Shown in pieces: positions 15,099 to 25,800 of a stretch of 64,000 nt of DNA. Where the stretch lies: the NCBI GenBank assembly GCA_016715885.1, contig JADJXL010000022.1, forward strand, positions 75,588-139,587, in the 5' to 3' direction. Source of the stretch: Polyangiaceae bacterium. Lineage in GTDB: Bacteria; Myxococcota_A; Polyangia; Polyangiales; Polyangiaceae. Both the position numbers and the translations under genes were made by a program. Each line of letters begins with the position of its first letter. Within the stretch, counting starts at the first letter, position 1. The notes under the pieces are model-generated. The model worked only from the letters and a program-made list of their open reading frames with translations, had not been told where the DNA came from and did not search any database.

Positions 15099-17123
15099 CT
15101 ACGAAACGCTCGCCGCGTCCCGCCGCTGACCCCACGTCCGCAATATCAATTCGATCGCGAATAACCCCAAAAGCCCAAGCGCCACATATGGCGAGGCATC
15201 GAGCGCCGGCTGCACGCCTCCCTGCGTTTCCGCTCGCGACGCATCCGTGATTTTCCGCGGCCGCAAATCAATCTCGCGCTCGGGAACCGCTGCAATCCGC
15301 GTCGTCTGCTCACCATCCATGCGCGCCACGTAACGCCCCGCAAGCGACGTCACCACGAGCCGCCGGCCATTCTGCTCGGCCACATCCATCTTCTGCGACG
15401 GCTCGCCCGATTGCGCTGGGACGTACTCCACCACGACGTCCTTGTAACCATCGAACGTGAACGCATCGCCCACGTCCACCAAACGCGCGCCTCCACGCGA
15501 CCGTGCGGTCCCGACAAACCGCTCGAGCAACGCCAGAAACGCCGGCCTCAAAACGAAATCACTCTCGTCCGTGGACAGCGGTAGCGACAACGCGAACACC
15601 GCTCCACGTCCCATCGATCGACGCCACAGTAGCGGCGCTCCATCGGTCCATCGCGCCAAGATGTCCGCGCCCGCCGTTGCTATGGGCTCAAACGATGCCC
15701 GCCCTTCCGGCGCGAGCTTGTTCAATCCTTCCGCGCTCGGTCCCAGGAAAAACGCACTCGATGGCTCGGCCCCTGTCGCGGGACTCGGAGCCCACCGCAC
15801 CACACCCGGCACGACAGGATCGAAGCCCGAACCAAGCGGAGCTGCAGCCGCACGCTTGCCGAACGTCGCAAGCAGCACGCCTCCATGCTCCACCCACGCT
15901 GCGAGCGCCTTGCGCCCTTCCGGCGTCAATCCCGGCACGTCGTCGATCACGATGCCCGCAAACGCACCGAGCTCGTCGCCGTTATCCGGAACCGCAGCGA
16001 GCGGACGCACTTCGGCATCGAGCTGCAACGCGCTGAGCGCTTGCTCGATGGGAGGTGGACCTCCCGTGGCAACTTGCGACGTCGCCGCATCGACGACCAC
16101 GCCAATTGGCAGCGATCCACCGACATGCACGACCGGCGCCACGTCGTCTTCGGCGATCGTATCACCCGGCGACAACTTCACGATCAGGTCGCTCGGTGCA
16201 TTCGCCGGCACTTCGAGCACCACCTCTTCGGCACGGATCGACGCGCCGAGCGGCGCCGATGCGAGCTGTTTGTCTCGGTCGAACACTTGGATCGACCGCC
16301 CTGCGGACGCCGAGGTTTGTCCGGCAGGACCTTTCGCGTTCGACGCTGGGCTGCACACGATGCGTGCGCGCACCTTCACGCCACTTCGATCGGCTCGCGT
16401 GATCGCGCAGTCGCTCCCTTTCGCTTCCAGCTCGGGAAGCGGAATCCACACGGGAATGTCCGAGCCTTCGCCGATGGGTGGAGCATCGGGCGAGCCATCT
16501 GCGAGGTCCGAAAAGAGCACCACGCGTCGGTCGGCATGCGGCACCCCGCGCACCAGCTCGCGCCCCAAACGGATGGCTCCTTCGAGGTCCGTTGCGCGAT
16601 CGGATGGCGTGATGCTGTCGAGCGTCGCCTTCACGGCCGACAGGTTCGTCGTCGCCGCGAGCGCCACGCGCGGAGGCGCGCCTGCAAGCACGATGGCCAC
16701 CGCATCACCGCTGTTCAGCCCGTCGGCGAGCTCGCGCGCGGCTTCCAGCGCTCGCGTGAACTTGCTCGGTCTGCTCACGGAGATGGCGCGCTGATCGAGC
16801 GGTGCGCGCATGCTCAGCGAGTCGTCGATCACGAGCGTCAGCGCGGCCGATGCGCCTCCTTTGCGCGCGATGCCCAGCCGTGCGCAATTTACGAACGGAG
16901 TTGCCCCGAGCGCTGCCAGTAGCAGCACGCTGAGCGCACGCACTGCAAACAGCCCGCGATCTTCGAGCATGCTGCGGCGACGCGCCGCGGGTTTCGTGGG
17001 CGGAACCAGCTCGGCCGGCGGAAAGGGTTGCTCTTCGGCTTTTCGCCGGCGCAAGAGATGCGCTGCGATCGGAGCCGCGACGAAGAGGGCGACGAGCAAT
17101 GCGGCGATGGACAGAAAGCTCAC
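15099..17123 (-). CDS. BatA-like membrane protein with aerotolerance-regulator N-terminal domain and vWA domain
   Basis: N-terminus MSFLSIAALLVALFVAAPIAAHLLRRRK is the BatA N-terminal signature. vWA MIDAS-like region TLVIDDSLSMRAP...GDAVAIVLAG. GTG start overlaps the stop of the upstream DUF58 gene (GTGA). Confidence 0.8.
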   Translation of the reverse strand: MSFLSIAALLVALFVAAPIAAHLLRRRKAEEQPFPPAELVPPTKPAARRRSMLEDRGLFAVRALSVLLLAALGATPFVNCARLGIARKGGASAALTLVIDDSLSMRAPLDQRAISVSRPSKFTRALEAARELADGLNSGDAVAIVLAGAPPRVALAATTNLSAVKATLDSITPSDRATDLEGAIRLGRELVRGVPHADRRVVLFSDLADGSPDAPPIGEGSDIPVWIPLPELEAKGSDCAITRADRSGVKVRARIVCSPASNAKGPAGQTSASAGRSIQVFDRDKQLASAPLGASIRAEEVVLEVPANAPSDLIVKLSPGDTIAEDDVAPVVHVGGSLPIGVVVDAATSQVATGGPPPIEQALSALQLDAEVRPLAAVPDNGDELGAFAGIVIDDVPGLTPEGRKALAAWVEHGGVLLATFGKRAAAAPLGSGFDPVVPGVVRWAPSPATGAEPSSAFFLGPSAEGLNKLAPEGRASFEPIATAGADILARWTDGAPLLWRRSMGRGAVFALSLPLSTDESDFVLRPAFLALLERFVGTARSRGGARLVDVGDAFTFDGYKDVVVEYVPAQSGEPSQKMDVAEQNGRRLVVTSLAGRYVARMDGEQTTRIAAVPEREIDLRPRKITDASRAETQGGVQPALDASPYVALGLLGLFAIELILRTWGQRRDAASVS

Positions 17124-18058
17124 GCGCGCGCCTCCGACACGGCGCGAACGACCGCGCGCACGACATCCGCCGCTGGTTTGTCCGTTGTGGCATCGACAAA
17201 CCTACCTCCACGCCGCGAAAGCTCTTCGGCGTAACGCTCCGCGATCGCGTGGATTTTTGCTTGATACGTCGCCCGCACCTCGTCCGCATCCGTTTCCACG
17301 ACGGCGCTTCCTTCCATCGCTCGGAGCCGCACGTGCCCGGAAAAACCCAGCGAAATCTCCATCGGATCGAGCACGCGCACGACCACGAGCGATCGGCCGT
17401 TCGTTCCGAGAGCCGTGAACGCGGACAGCGCTTGTTCGGGCAAGTCCACGAGGTCGCTGATGAGCACGATGATCGACCCTCGCCGTGCACGCCTTGCGAT
17501 GGGCGAAAGCGCTCGCTCCATCGCGCCTGCGTCGGCCTTTGCATCGCCTGCGGCCGTGATCGACTCGAGCGCACCGACCACGCGATCGAACGCTTCTCGA
17601 CCGCCCGTAGCTGGCAGCGCAAGCGCGCCTCGACCACCGATCCACGCAAGTCCCACCGGATCACCGCTCGACAGCGCCACTCGGCCGAGCGCGGCACCGA
17701 TGAGCGCGCCGTACGCCAGCTTTGCGCCCGGCGCTTTTGCGCTCCGGTACGCCATCGATGCGGTTGCATCCACGCAGAGCCACAGTGCGCGATCCGTTTC
17801 CGTTTCGAACTCGCGCACCATCATTCGGTCGTGCTTCAGCAATGCGCGACGATCGAAAAACCGTAAATCGTCACCCGGCACGTATGGCCTGTGACCTCCA
17901 AACTCGACGCCCGGCCCTTTGCGTGCGCTGCGGTGACTTCCGGCGTAGACGCCTTCTGCCAGTTGTTTTGCTCGCAGGCGTAAGGGACCCAGGGTTCCCC
18001 AATCGATGGGGATCCCGTCCGACGACGATCTTGTTGATGTTGGGCGGAGGTCGGCCAT
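17120..18058 (-). CDS. DUF58 domain protein (MoxR-associated vWA-like family)
   Basis: ARKGPGVEFGGHRPYVPGDDLRFFDRRA and LWLCVDATASM are typical of DUF58 proteins found in moxR-DUF58-batA operons. Confidence 0.8.
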   Translation of the reverse strand: MADLRPTSTRSSSDGIPIDWGTLGPLRLRAKQLAEGVYAGSHRSARKGPGVEFGGHRPYVPGDDLRFFDRRALLKHDRMMVREFETETDRALWLCVDATASMAYRSAKAPGAKLAYGALIGAALGRVALSSGDPVGLAWIGGRGALALPATGGREAFDRVVGALESITAAGDAKADAGAMERALSPIARRARRGSIIVLISDLVDLPEQALSAFTALGTNGRSLVVVRVLDPMEISLGFSGHVRLRAMEGSAVVETDADEVRATYQAKIHAIAERYAEELSRRGGRFVDATTDKPAADVVRAVVRAVSEARA

Positions 18059-18216
18059 TCGCTCGGTTTGGGCTTTGGGGCGCAGGACGCCTGTGGCGAT
18101 CCGAAGCCCCCAACGTTCACACTAGGAAATTCGATGCGGAAGCTCTCGCACGGAGACGAGCCTAGCACTAGCATGCGTTTGGCCGTCGTCTCATCGGCTG
18201 TGGCAAGGACCCGAGC

Positions 18217-18624
18217 GTGCACGTCCGTCGCGCTGATTTCGCGCCCCGGTTTGCTGTTGCTTTCGTTGTGCTCGTGGCTTCTTGTCAAGATTCCGCGGCG
18301 CCCGAGGTGCATGTCGCACCAGCGACCTCTGCTGTCCCATCGGCATCCGCAAGCGCTGCCGCGGCGCCTCGTCGTCCCACGTCGCGACACTATCTCGCGC
18401 GCACCACCGATCGTTGTGAGGTCTATTCGGTCGAAGGTGACCGGGTTTCACCTGCCGAACGTACCCCGTGTCCGCAGGACCTCGAAGTGGGCGAGCGCAT
18501 CCGCGTAGCGGGCAAGACATGCTTGCGCGAAGGACGGCGCGAGAGAAGCCGCCCCGTGGTTTGTCCTGGCCCGCTACTTGCGCGCGGTCAACCCGACGCA
18601 GGTGGCGATGCCGCTACGCCTTGA
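18217..18624 (+). CDS. Possible small lipoprotein (hypothetical)
   Basis: GTG start. n-region HVRRADFAPR followed by FAVAFVVLVASC (lipobox LVASC). Weak support and no homology recognised. Confidence 0.25.
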   Translation: MHVRRADFAPRFAVAFVVLVASCQDSAAPEVHVAPATSAVPSASASAAAAPRRPTSRHYLARTTDRCEVYSVEGDRVSPAERTPCPQDLEVGERIRVAGKTCLREGRRERSRPVVCPGPLLARGQPDAGGDAATP

Positions 18625-18664
18625 GAACAACCCGCCAAGCGAGCAATCAAACCCAGGCTCGGCT

Positions 18665-19969
18665 TCAGCTCGTCGCCAGCTTTTTCCCTTTGCGGCTGGC
18701 CGGGTCGTCGTGAATGAAAATCATCGTGAACAGAACGAACGTCCCCCACAGCGCCACGTGATGATTCAGCATGGCCCCGCCGCCCCAGCGCTGGAAAATG
18801 ACGCCCGAAATGGGCGGCCCGAGCAAAATGCCCGTGGCGTAAAACATGTTGTAAATCGAATTCGCGCGACTGTAATCGCGCGACTTGACCACCACACCCG
18901 TCAGCGCCAGCGCGATCGGTGACATCGAGGCGAATGTCCCGCCCGCGATGAATACGATCGTACACATCAACCAATACGGATCCATGTACACGAAGCCGAG
19001 CACTGCAATGAGCCCGATCATCGAAAGTGCACGCACCGTCTTGAGATGCCCCACCTGGTCGGCGATGCGCCCGGCAATGTTGGAACAGAGCAGCATGCCG
19101 AAACAGAAATACGCCGGGAAGACATTTGTCTTTATCGGTTCGATGCCTTTGGTCTCGATGACGAAAAGCGGCAAGAACAGCACGACGGCTGCTTGGAAGT
19201 ATCCATACGAGAATGCTGCAAAGCACGACGTCTTGATGCGCCAGAGAATCTGGAGGCCCGACAATTGCGGTTCGCTCGTCGAAACGGCCTTCTTTTCGGT
19301 CGGTTCGTCCGAAGAAACGCCCTCTGCCGGCGGTATCGGGGGCAATACCGTGAGCACGAACATGGCTGCTGCCAGCTCGAATAGACCGCCAATGGCAAAC
19401 GACACCGTATTCGGAACGACCTTGGCCAAACCCATCGAGGCGAACGGACCTATCACATAGCCGCTTGCCAAAAATATCGCATATAGCGTCGTGAGGTACG
19501 CCTTGTGTTCTTTTCGTGCATGCGCGAGCAGAATGGTTTCCGACGCGACCCATACCCCCACGGTGCCCATTCCATCGAAAAATCGGACGAACGCAATGCT
19601 CTCGTAGGTCGTTGCGTACGGGAATGCGATCAGCGTGAGGCCGTAGCAGAACAAACTCGCGGCCATGATTCGTTCCGCGGAAAACCGCCGAATGAGCACG
19701 CCCACAGGCAACGCGAAGAGCACGAGACCTGCTGCAAAAAAGACGGACAACGAGCCGATGTTCTGTTTGGTAAACCCGAGCTTGGGTAAATGTGTGGGCG
19801 TCAGCCCCAACGAGATGCCGCAGCCAATACCGAAAGGAACCGTCGCTGCATAAAGACGGCGTAGATGGGTAGGCACCTTGCGCTTCGTCATTGACGTCGG
19901 CGGTGCAGCTTGTGGGGCGTATGTGGAAAGCTCGCCGGAAGGAGACGGGTCTTGCGTCACGGCCGCCAT
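18665..19969 (-). CDS. MFS transporter
   Basis: 12-TM-like hydrophobic profile with MFS motifs (GLVLFALPVGVLIRRFSAERIM; FFDGMGTVGVWVASETILL). Confidence 0.85.
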   Translation of the reverse strand: MAAVTQDPSPSGELSTYAPQAAPPTSMTKRKVPTHLRRLYAATVPFGIGCGISLGLTPTHLPKLGFTKQNIGSLSVFFAAGLVLFALPVGVLIRRFSAERIMAASLFCYGLTLIAFPYATTYESIAFVRFFDGMGTVGVWVASETILLAHARKEHKAYLTTLYAIFLASGYVIGPFASMGLAKVVPNTVSFAIGGLFELAAAMFVLTVLPPIPPAEGVSSDEPTEKKAVSTSEPQLSGLQILWRIKTSCFAAFSYGYFQAAVVLFLPLFVIETKGIEPIKTNVFPAYFCFGMLLCSNIAGRIADQVGHLKTVRALSMIGLIAVLGFVYMDPYWLMCTIVFIAGGTFASMSPIALALTGVVVKSRDYSRANSIYNMFYATGILLGPPISGVIFQRWGGGAMLNHHVALWGTFVLFTMIFIHDDPASRKGKKLATS

Positions 19970-20180
19970 CTACCACGGTCTTGACGTCCGAGCTATCAAG
20001 CGTTTGTGTTTCTCGCTGCCACGCGTGTTACGCGCCATGTGGTCTCAGTCATTCGCACCTGAAGTGCCCAGCAATTCAAGACTGGGCCATTCGGGGGGTA
20101 TGGGGGGCAGAGCAGTCGGCTCGTCTTTTGGGTCGTAGACCCAAAAGACTTATAGAGCCAGGCGACCCCACCATCGACTG

Positions 20181-20217
20181 GCCTCGCTACGCGCGCGTCT
20201 TACGCGCGCGTAGCGAG
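20181..20217. repeat. REP-like perfect palindrome (17-bp stem CCTCGCTACGCGCGCGT, loop CTT) downstream of lon; related copy at 33556..33602
   Basis: The exact inverted repeat can be read directly. The flanks (GACCCCACCATCG...GGTGCAAACACTGGCCC) are also shared with the 33.5 kb copy. Confidence 0.55.
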
Positions 20218-20247
20218 GGTGCAAACACTGGCCCGGTATCTCTATGC

Positions 20248-22641
20248 TCAATGCACCGCTCGTACCTCGGGCGCCGCATGGTCCGCCGTCGCACCGAGCC
20301 CCCCGTTTACCTCAGCGTCACCGGACGCATTCTCGAGCGCCGCGGCGAGCACCTGGCTCATGTCTTCCGCGAATACGAAATCCAGGCTCTTGCGCACTTC
20401 TTCCGGCACTTCGTCCACGTCCCGCGCATTCTTCTGCGGCAAAATCACGCGCTTGATCCCCGCTCGATGCGCCGCCATCACCTTCGCCTTGATCCCGCCT
20501 ACAGGAAGCACTCGCCCACGCAGCGTGCATTCACCCGTCATCGCCGTATCACTCCGCACTCGCCGCGACGAAAGCAGTGACGTGAGCGCCGTGAACATCG
20601 TCACGCCCGCACTTGGCCCGTCCTTCGGCACGGCTCCGGCCGGTACGTGAATGTGCAAATCCTGTTCTTCCAGTTTGTCCGTGTCGACCCCAAGCTCGGC
20701 GGCGTGGCTCTTTACGTACGAAAGAGCAGCTTTTGCCGATTCTTTCATGACATCCCCGAGCTGCCCCGTGATTTCGACGCGCCCTTTCCCCGGCATGCGA
20801 CTCGTTTCAATGAACAGAATGTCACCTCCCACCGGCGTCCACGCCATACCCGTCGCTACGCCCGGCACCGCCGTGCGCTCGGCCATTTCCGCAAAAAACT
20901 TCTCCTTGCCAAGGTATTTGCGCAAATTCTCTGCGTCCACGTTCAGCGTCGGCTTTTCGTCTTTTGCGCGCGCCACTTCGAGCGACAATGCGCGGCAAAG
21001 CTTCTTGATTTCACGCTCGAATTGCCGAACCCCTGCTTCTCGCGTGTAACCGCGCACGATGGTCCCGAGCGCGTCGTCCGCAATGGTCAAGCTCCCGTCC
21101 GGAATACCGTGCGCCGCAAGCTGCTTCGGAATCAAATGCTTCCGAGCAATGTGAATCTTCTCGTCTTGCGTGTAGCCAGACATCTCGATGATTTCGAGCC
21201 GATCCCGGAGTGGCGCCGAAAGCTGACTCAGATCGTTTGCCGTGCAAATGAACAGCACCTCGGACAAGTCGAACGGCAGCTCCAAGTAGTGATCCTGAAA
21301 CGTCTTGTTTTGCTCGGGATCCAATACTTCGAGCAGCGCCGCTTCGGGATTTCCCGCCCAGCCCACCGCCAGCTTGTCGATTTCGTCGAGCAGCATCACC
21401 GGGTTTTTCGCCTTGGCCTTTTTCATGCCGTGCAAAATTCTGCCCGGAAGAGCCGCCACGTACGTACGTCGATGCCCTCGAATCTCCGCTTCGTCGCGCA
21501 CGCCACCCAGCGCAATGCGCACGAACGGCCGCCCCGTCGCTTCGGCAATCGATTGTCCAATCGACGTCTTTCCCACGCCGGGAGGACCCGCCAAACACAA
21601 AATGCTTCCTTTCGTCGTTCCCTTCAGACGCAAGACCGCAATGTGCTCCAAAATCCGACGCTTCACCTCGTCGAGCCCGTGGTGATCTTCGTCCAGTTTT
21701 TTCGATACCGCGTCGATGTCGTCTTTCGCATCCGCGTGAACGTTCCACGGAAGGTCGGCGATCCACTCCAAATAATTCCGAATCACGTTGTATTCGGCTT
21801 GTTGCGGCGATAGCGCGCTCAGTCGGTCGAGCTCCCGCTTTGCCACGGCTTTGGCATCGTCCGGCAAATTCGCTTTTTCGATCCGTTCGCGCAATCCTTC
21901 TACGTCACCGTCGGTTTTGTCGTCCCCGAGCTCTTTTTTGATGGCTCGAAGCTGCTCGCGCAAAATCGCTTCGCGCTGCTGATTCCCAAGCTCGCGCCGC
22001 ACGTCCTGCTCGATCTTGCGCTTGACCTCCGAGAGCGATTTCTGTTCCAAGACAAACCCGGCCAGAAGCCGCAGTCTTTCCACCACGTCCAGCGCTTCGA
22101 GCACGCGCAAGTCCTTGTCCGACGAAAGCCCCAAGACGGCCGCGAGCCTATCGGCAAAAAGCGACGGACTTTCATCCGATGTCGTCACGCCAATCGAATT
22201 TTCGATGCCTCGCCCGAGCTCTCGTACTTGATCGAAGAGCGCACGCGCAAAAAGCCGCGCCTCCTCCGTATCACCGCCCGAATCCTGCACCGGCTCGGCT
22301 TCGGCCAGCCAAAACGGATCTTGCCGCACGATGGCGGACAGCTTCATCCGAGCGATCCCTTCAATGACGAGCCGCATATCACCGCTTGGCATGCGCCCCG
22401 TCTCGACCACTTTCGCATACGTCCCGAGCTCATGGATGTCGTCGCCCGACGGATCGGTCACGTTGCGGTCTTTTTGAGTCACCACGCCAATGACATCGCC
22501 TTTTGCAACCGTTTTGACGAGCGCGACCGAGCGCTCTCGGCCAATGGGCAATGCGATGACCGTACCGGGAAAAAGGACACCATTACGCAGCGGCAGGACG
22601 GGCAATGCAGACGTGGGCAAATGGGCGCTATCACGCGTCAT
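20248..22641 (-). CDS. lon: ATP-dependent Lon protease (LonA)
   Basis: N-terminal LON domain (LPVLPLRNGVLFPGTVIALPIGR), Walker A GPPGVGKTS and protease domain with catalytic PKDGPSAG. AAGGAG RBS. Confidence 0.95.
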   Translation of the reverse strand: MTRDSAHLPTSALPVLPLRNGVLFPGTVIALPIGRERSVALVKTVAKGDVIGVVTQKDRNVTDPSGDDIHELGTYAKVVETGRMPSGDMRLVIEGIARMKLSAIVRQDPFWLAEAEPVQDSGGDTEEARLFARALFDQVRELGRGIENSIGVTTSDESPSLFADRLAAVLGLSSDKDLRVLEALDVVERLRLLAGFVLEQKSLSEVKRKIEQDVRRELGNQQREAILREQLRAIKKELGDDKTDGDVEGLRERIEKANLPDDAKAVAKRELDRLSALSPQQAEYNVIRNYLEWIADLPWNVHADAKDDIDAVSKKLDEDHHGLDEVKRRILEHIAVLRLKGTTKGSILCLAGPPGVGKTSIGQSIAEATGRPFVRIALGGVRDEAEIRGHRRTYVAALPGRILHGMKKAKAKNPVMLLDEIDKLAVGWAGNPEAALLEVLDPEQNKTFQDHYLELPFDLSEVLFICTANDLSQLSAPLRDRLEIIEMSGYTQDEKIHIARKHLIPKQLAAHGIPDGSLTIADDALGTIVRGYTREAGVRQFEREIKKLCRALSLEVARAKDEKPTLNVDAENLRKYLGKEKFFAEMAERTAVPGVATGMAWTPVGGDILFIETSRMPGKGRVEITGQLGDVMKESAKAALSYVKSHAAELGVDTDKLEEQDLHIHVPAGAVPKDGPSAGVTMFTALTSLLSSRRVRSDTAMTGECTLRGRVLPVGGIKAKVMAAHRAGIKRVILPQKNARDVDEVPEEVRKSLDFVFAEDMSQVLAAALENASGDAEVNGGLGATADHAAPEVRAVH

Positions 22642-22860
22642 CGTGAGACTCCTTCGACGAGGAAATGGGGGTTCCTCGTCCGGCCGACTCAGTCTGGCCG
22701 TATCGCGAGGAATGAACGAAGAATAAAATCGTTCAACGTTCTGTCAACGGGTCGACCTAACGATGCGTAACTTCGGTTGGATATGTGGCTTGAATCACTC
22801 AAACTAAGTAACGGTTGACCGTGTTTTGCCCAAGGCGCCCCAGACCTTGTATGATCGCCC

Positions 22861-25800
22861 GTGATGATCAGGATTGGCAGCGTCCTACGGCATCGATTCC
22901 GCATCGAGGAGCAGGCTCGAGCGGGGGGCATGGGACAGATTTTTCGTGCCACGGATCTGTCCACTGGCAAGAGCGTCGCTGCCAAGATCCTGCTTGATAC
23001 GTCGCCTCAGCACCGAGCACGTTTTCAGCGTGAGACGGAGATTCTGGAACGCATCCATCATCCTCACGTCGTCGAATACGTGGGCAGTGGGGTGTCGCCC
23101 GATGGCGAAGCGTTCATCGTCATGGAATGGCTGGAGGGCGAGGACCTTTTGTCGGTGCTTACGCGCCGGCGGCTTTCGGTACAGGAAGCTCTTTCGGTGA
23201 GTATGCGCATCGCTTCGGCGATGGGGGCGGTGCATGCGCAAGGTGTGGTGCATCGGGATCTGAAGCCGGCCAATATTTTTCTCGTCGATGGCAACCTCGA
23301 TCAGCCCAAAATACTCGATTTTGGCATTGCATATGTATCTGATGCGACGCGTGTGACCGCGGCCGGCACGGTGGTTGGCACGCCAAGCTACATGGCGCCC
23401 GAGCAAGCGCGTTCGGGAGGTAAAGTCGAAGCGACGGCGGATGTTTTTTCGCTCGGCTGCTTGCTTTTCGAATGTCTCACGGGGGAGCCGCCATTCGTTG
23501 CCGAGCATTTGGTGGCGGTGCTGGCGAAGGTCGTTTTCGAGGAAGCGCTGCGTGCGAGCGAATTGGCGCCCGATGTGCCGGATTGGCTGGACAGGCTCAT
23601 CGAGCGGATGCTGGCCAAAGATCCTGCGCTGCGGCCGCAGGATGGTGCCGAGGTGGCGCGGCTCCTCGAAGCGGCCACAATGCCCATCGGGTCCGAAGGC
23701 GAGCGAATCGACGAACCGATTGGTCGTGATGAAAGGCGTTTTCTTGGCGTCGTTTTGGTCGGAAAACCGCCGACGATACAGCAGGACGCCACGGTCACCA
23801 TTACGATGGACATGCCCGCGCCGTTCGACGTGAAGGTGGTCATTGAACGATTCGGCGCGCATCACGAATTGTTTGCCGACGGCACGACCGTCGTCATTTT
23901 CGATCAAACGAGCATTCCCACCGATATCGCCACCCAAGTCGCTCGTTGCGCGCTCGCACTTCGCACGCACGTGCCCGAGGCGCCCATTGCAATCGCAACC
24001 GGATGGGGCGAATTGGGGCGCGGTTTGCCGGTGGGCGATGCCATCGAACGCGCCGTGCAGCTTCTCTACACACCGCGCGAAGACGACATCGAAACGGAGC
24101 ATCGCATCTTCATCGACGACACGACCGCGGGTCTTCTCGATGCGCGCTTCGACGTCATCGACCTCGACGAACACGGATTCGAGCTTCGAGGCGAACGCGA
24201 CGTCTTCGACACCTCGCGCCCGCTGCTCGGCAAGGTCACCGCATGTGTGGGTCGCGAACGCGAGCTCGCGATGCTCGACCAGGCGCTCACCAACGTCATA
24301 TCCGAACCGGCGGCATTTGCCGTCGTCATTTCGGGTCCCGCGGGCATCGGCAAATCGCGCCTCTTGCAAGCGTTTGTCGAACGAAACCGTCAAGCGGGCA
24401 AACCCCTCGCCATCTGGATCGGTCGAGGTGATCCCGAACGCGCAGGCTCGACGTACGGCCTGCTCGCCGATGCGTTGCAACGCGCGGCGGGCATTACGCC
24501 GGGCGCATCGATGGACGTTCGGCGTGAGAAGTTCGCGGCGTTCGTGAGTCGGTTTGTCGAGGAAGACGAACAACGTCGCGTGACGGAATTTTTGGGCGAG
24601 CTTGCGGGCGTACCGTTCCCGGACGAGGACAGTTTGCCCTTGCGAGCTGCGCGTCAGGATCCCGAGCTTTGCGGCGAGCAGATGAAGCTTGCGCTGCACG
24701 ATTTCTTGCGCGCCGTGTGTGCGCGCCGCCCTCTGTTGCTCGTGCTCGACGACGTTCAATTCGGAGATCACGCATCCGTCGCTGCCGTTGGTGCAGCGCT
24801 GCGCGATCTTGCGGACGAACCCATTTTGCTCGTCGGCACCGCGCGTCCCGAAATCGACCAAGTTTTCCCAAACCTTTGGGCCGACAACGGTCGTCAGCTC
24901 ATGACGCTCGGTCCCATCTCGCCGAAAGCGAGCGCGCGTCTCGTGCGCCAAGTGCTCGGCGAATCCGTCGAGGCATCACTCGTCGAACGCCTCGTTTCGC
25001 TGGCCGATGGGCATCCGTTTTTCTTGGAAGAGCTCGTTCGTACGGCGTCCGAAGATCGCGGCGGCGCAATGCCGAGCACCGTGGTGGCGATGGTTCAGAC
25101 ACGTCTCGAACGTCTCGAGCCTCTCGAGCGTCGGGCGCTCCGAGCGGCGAGCGTGCTCGGGGACGTTTTTTGGCGCAGCATCGTATCGCAAATGGTCGGC
25201 GCGGATTTGACGAATACGTGGTCGATGCTGGTCAAGAACGAAATCTGCGTTCGTCATCGCGAGAGTCGATTCGCGGGCGACGAGGAATACGCATTTCGTC
25301 AGGCGCTCCTTCGCGAAGGTGCTTATGGCTTGCTCACGGAAAAGGATCGCGAGCTTGGTCATCGTCTCGCGGGCGATCTTTTGGAGCGAGCGGGCGAGAC
25401 GAACCCTTTGATCTTGGCGGGCCATTTCGAGCGTGGTGGGCTCGGGGCCCGAGCGGCGCAGTACTACATTCGCGGCGCCGAGCTTGCGAGCGCGCGTCGT
25501 GACGACTTGGATGCCGAGCGGTGGTATTCGCGGGCGCTCGAGCTTTTGGGTTCATTGCCGATTTCGGCGCAACGAGGTCGTGGTCTGGCGCGATTTCGTC
25601 TCAATCAACACGCGGAAGCGGTCGAGGTTTTGCATGCCGCGGCGCAGCAGGCTGCGGTCGAAGGAGACACCCTGGCTCAGATTGAACTGCTTCTCGACGA
25701 AGCAATGGTACTCGATTGGCTGAGCGAATATCGGAAGGGTGAGGAGCGCGTGCTCGAAGCGAAGGCATTGAAGCTCGAACGCCCCTCGCCACTCATCGAT

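Noticed and set aside
18060-18664. A MoxR-type ATPase gene upstream of DUF58
   Set aside because: No P-loop-containing ORF is present. The region only holds a weak small-lipoprotein candidate on the opposite strand.
22885-24951. 688-aa antisense ORF within the kinase gene; likewise 15457..16794 +, 20647..21813 +, 59087..60241 +, 13306..14226 -, 50425..51438 -, 45407..46567 -
   Set aside because: Each is antisense to a gene with clear domain content. The composition is low-complexity (R/A/G/P-rich), consistent with shadow ORFs of high-GC DNA.
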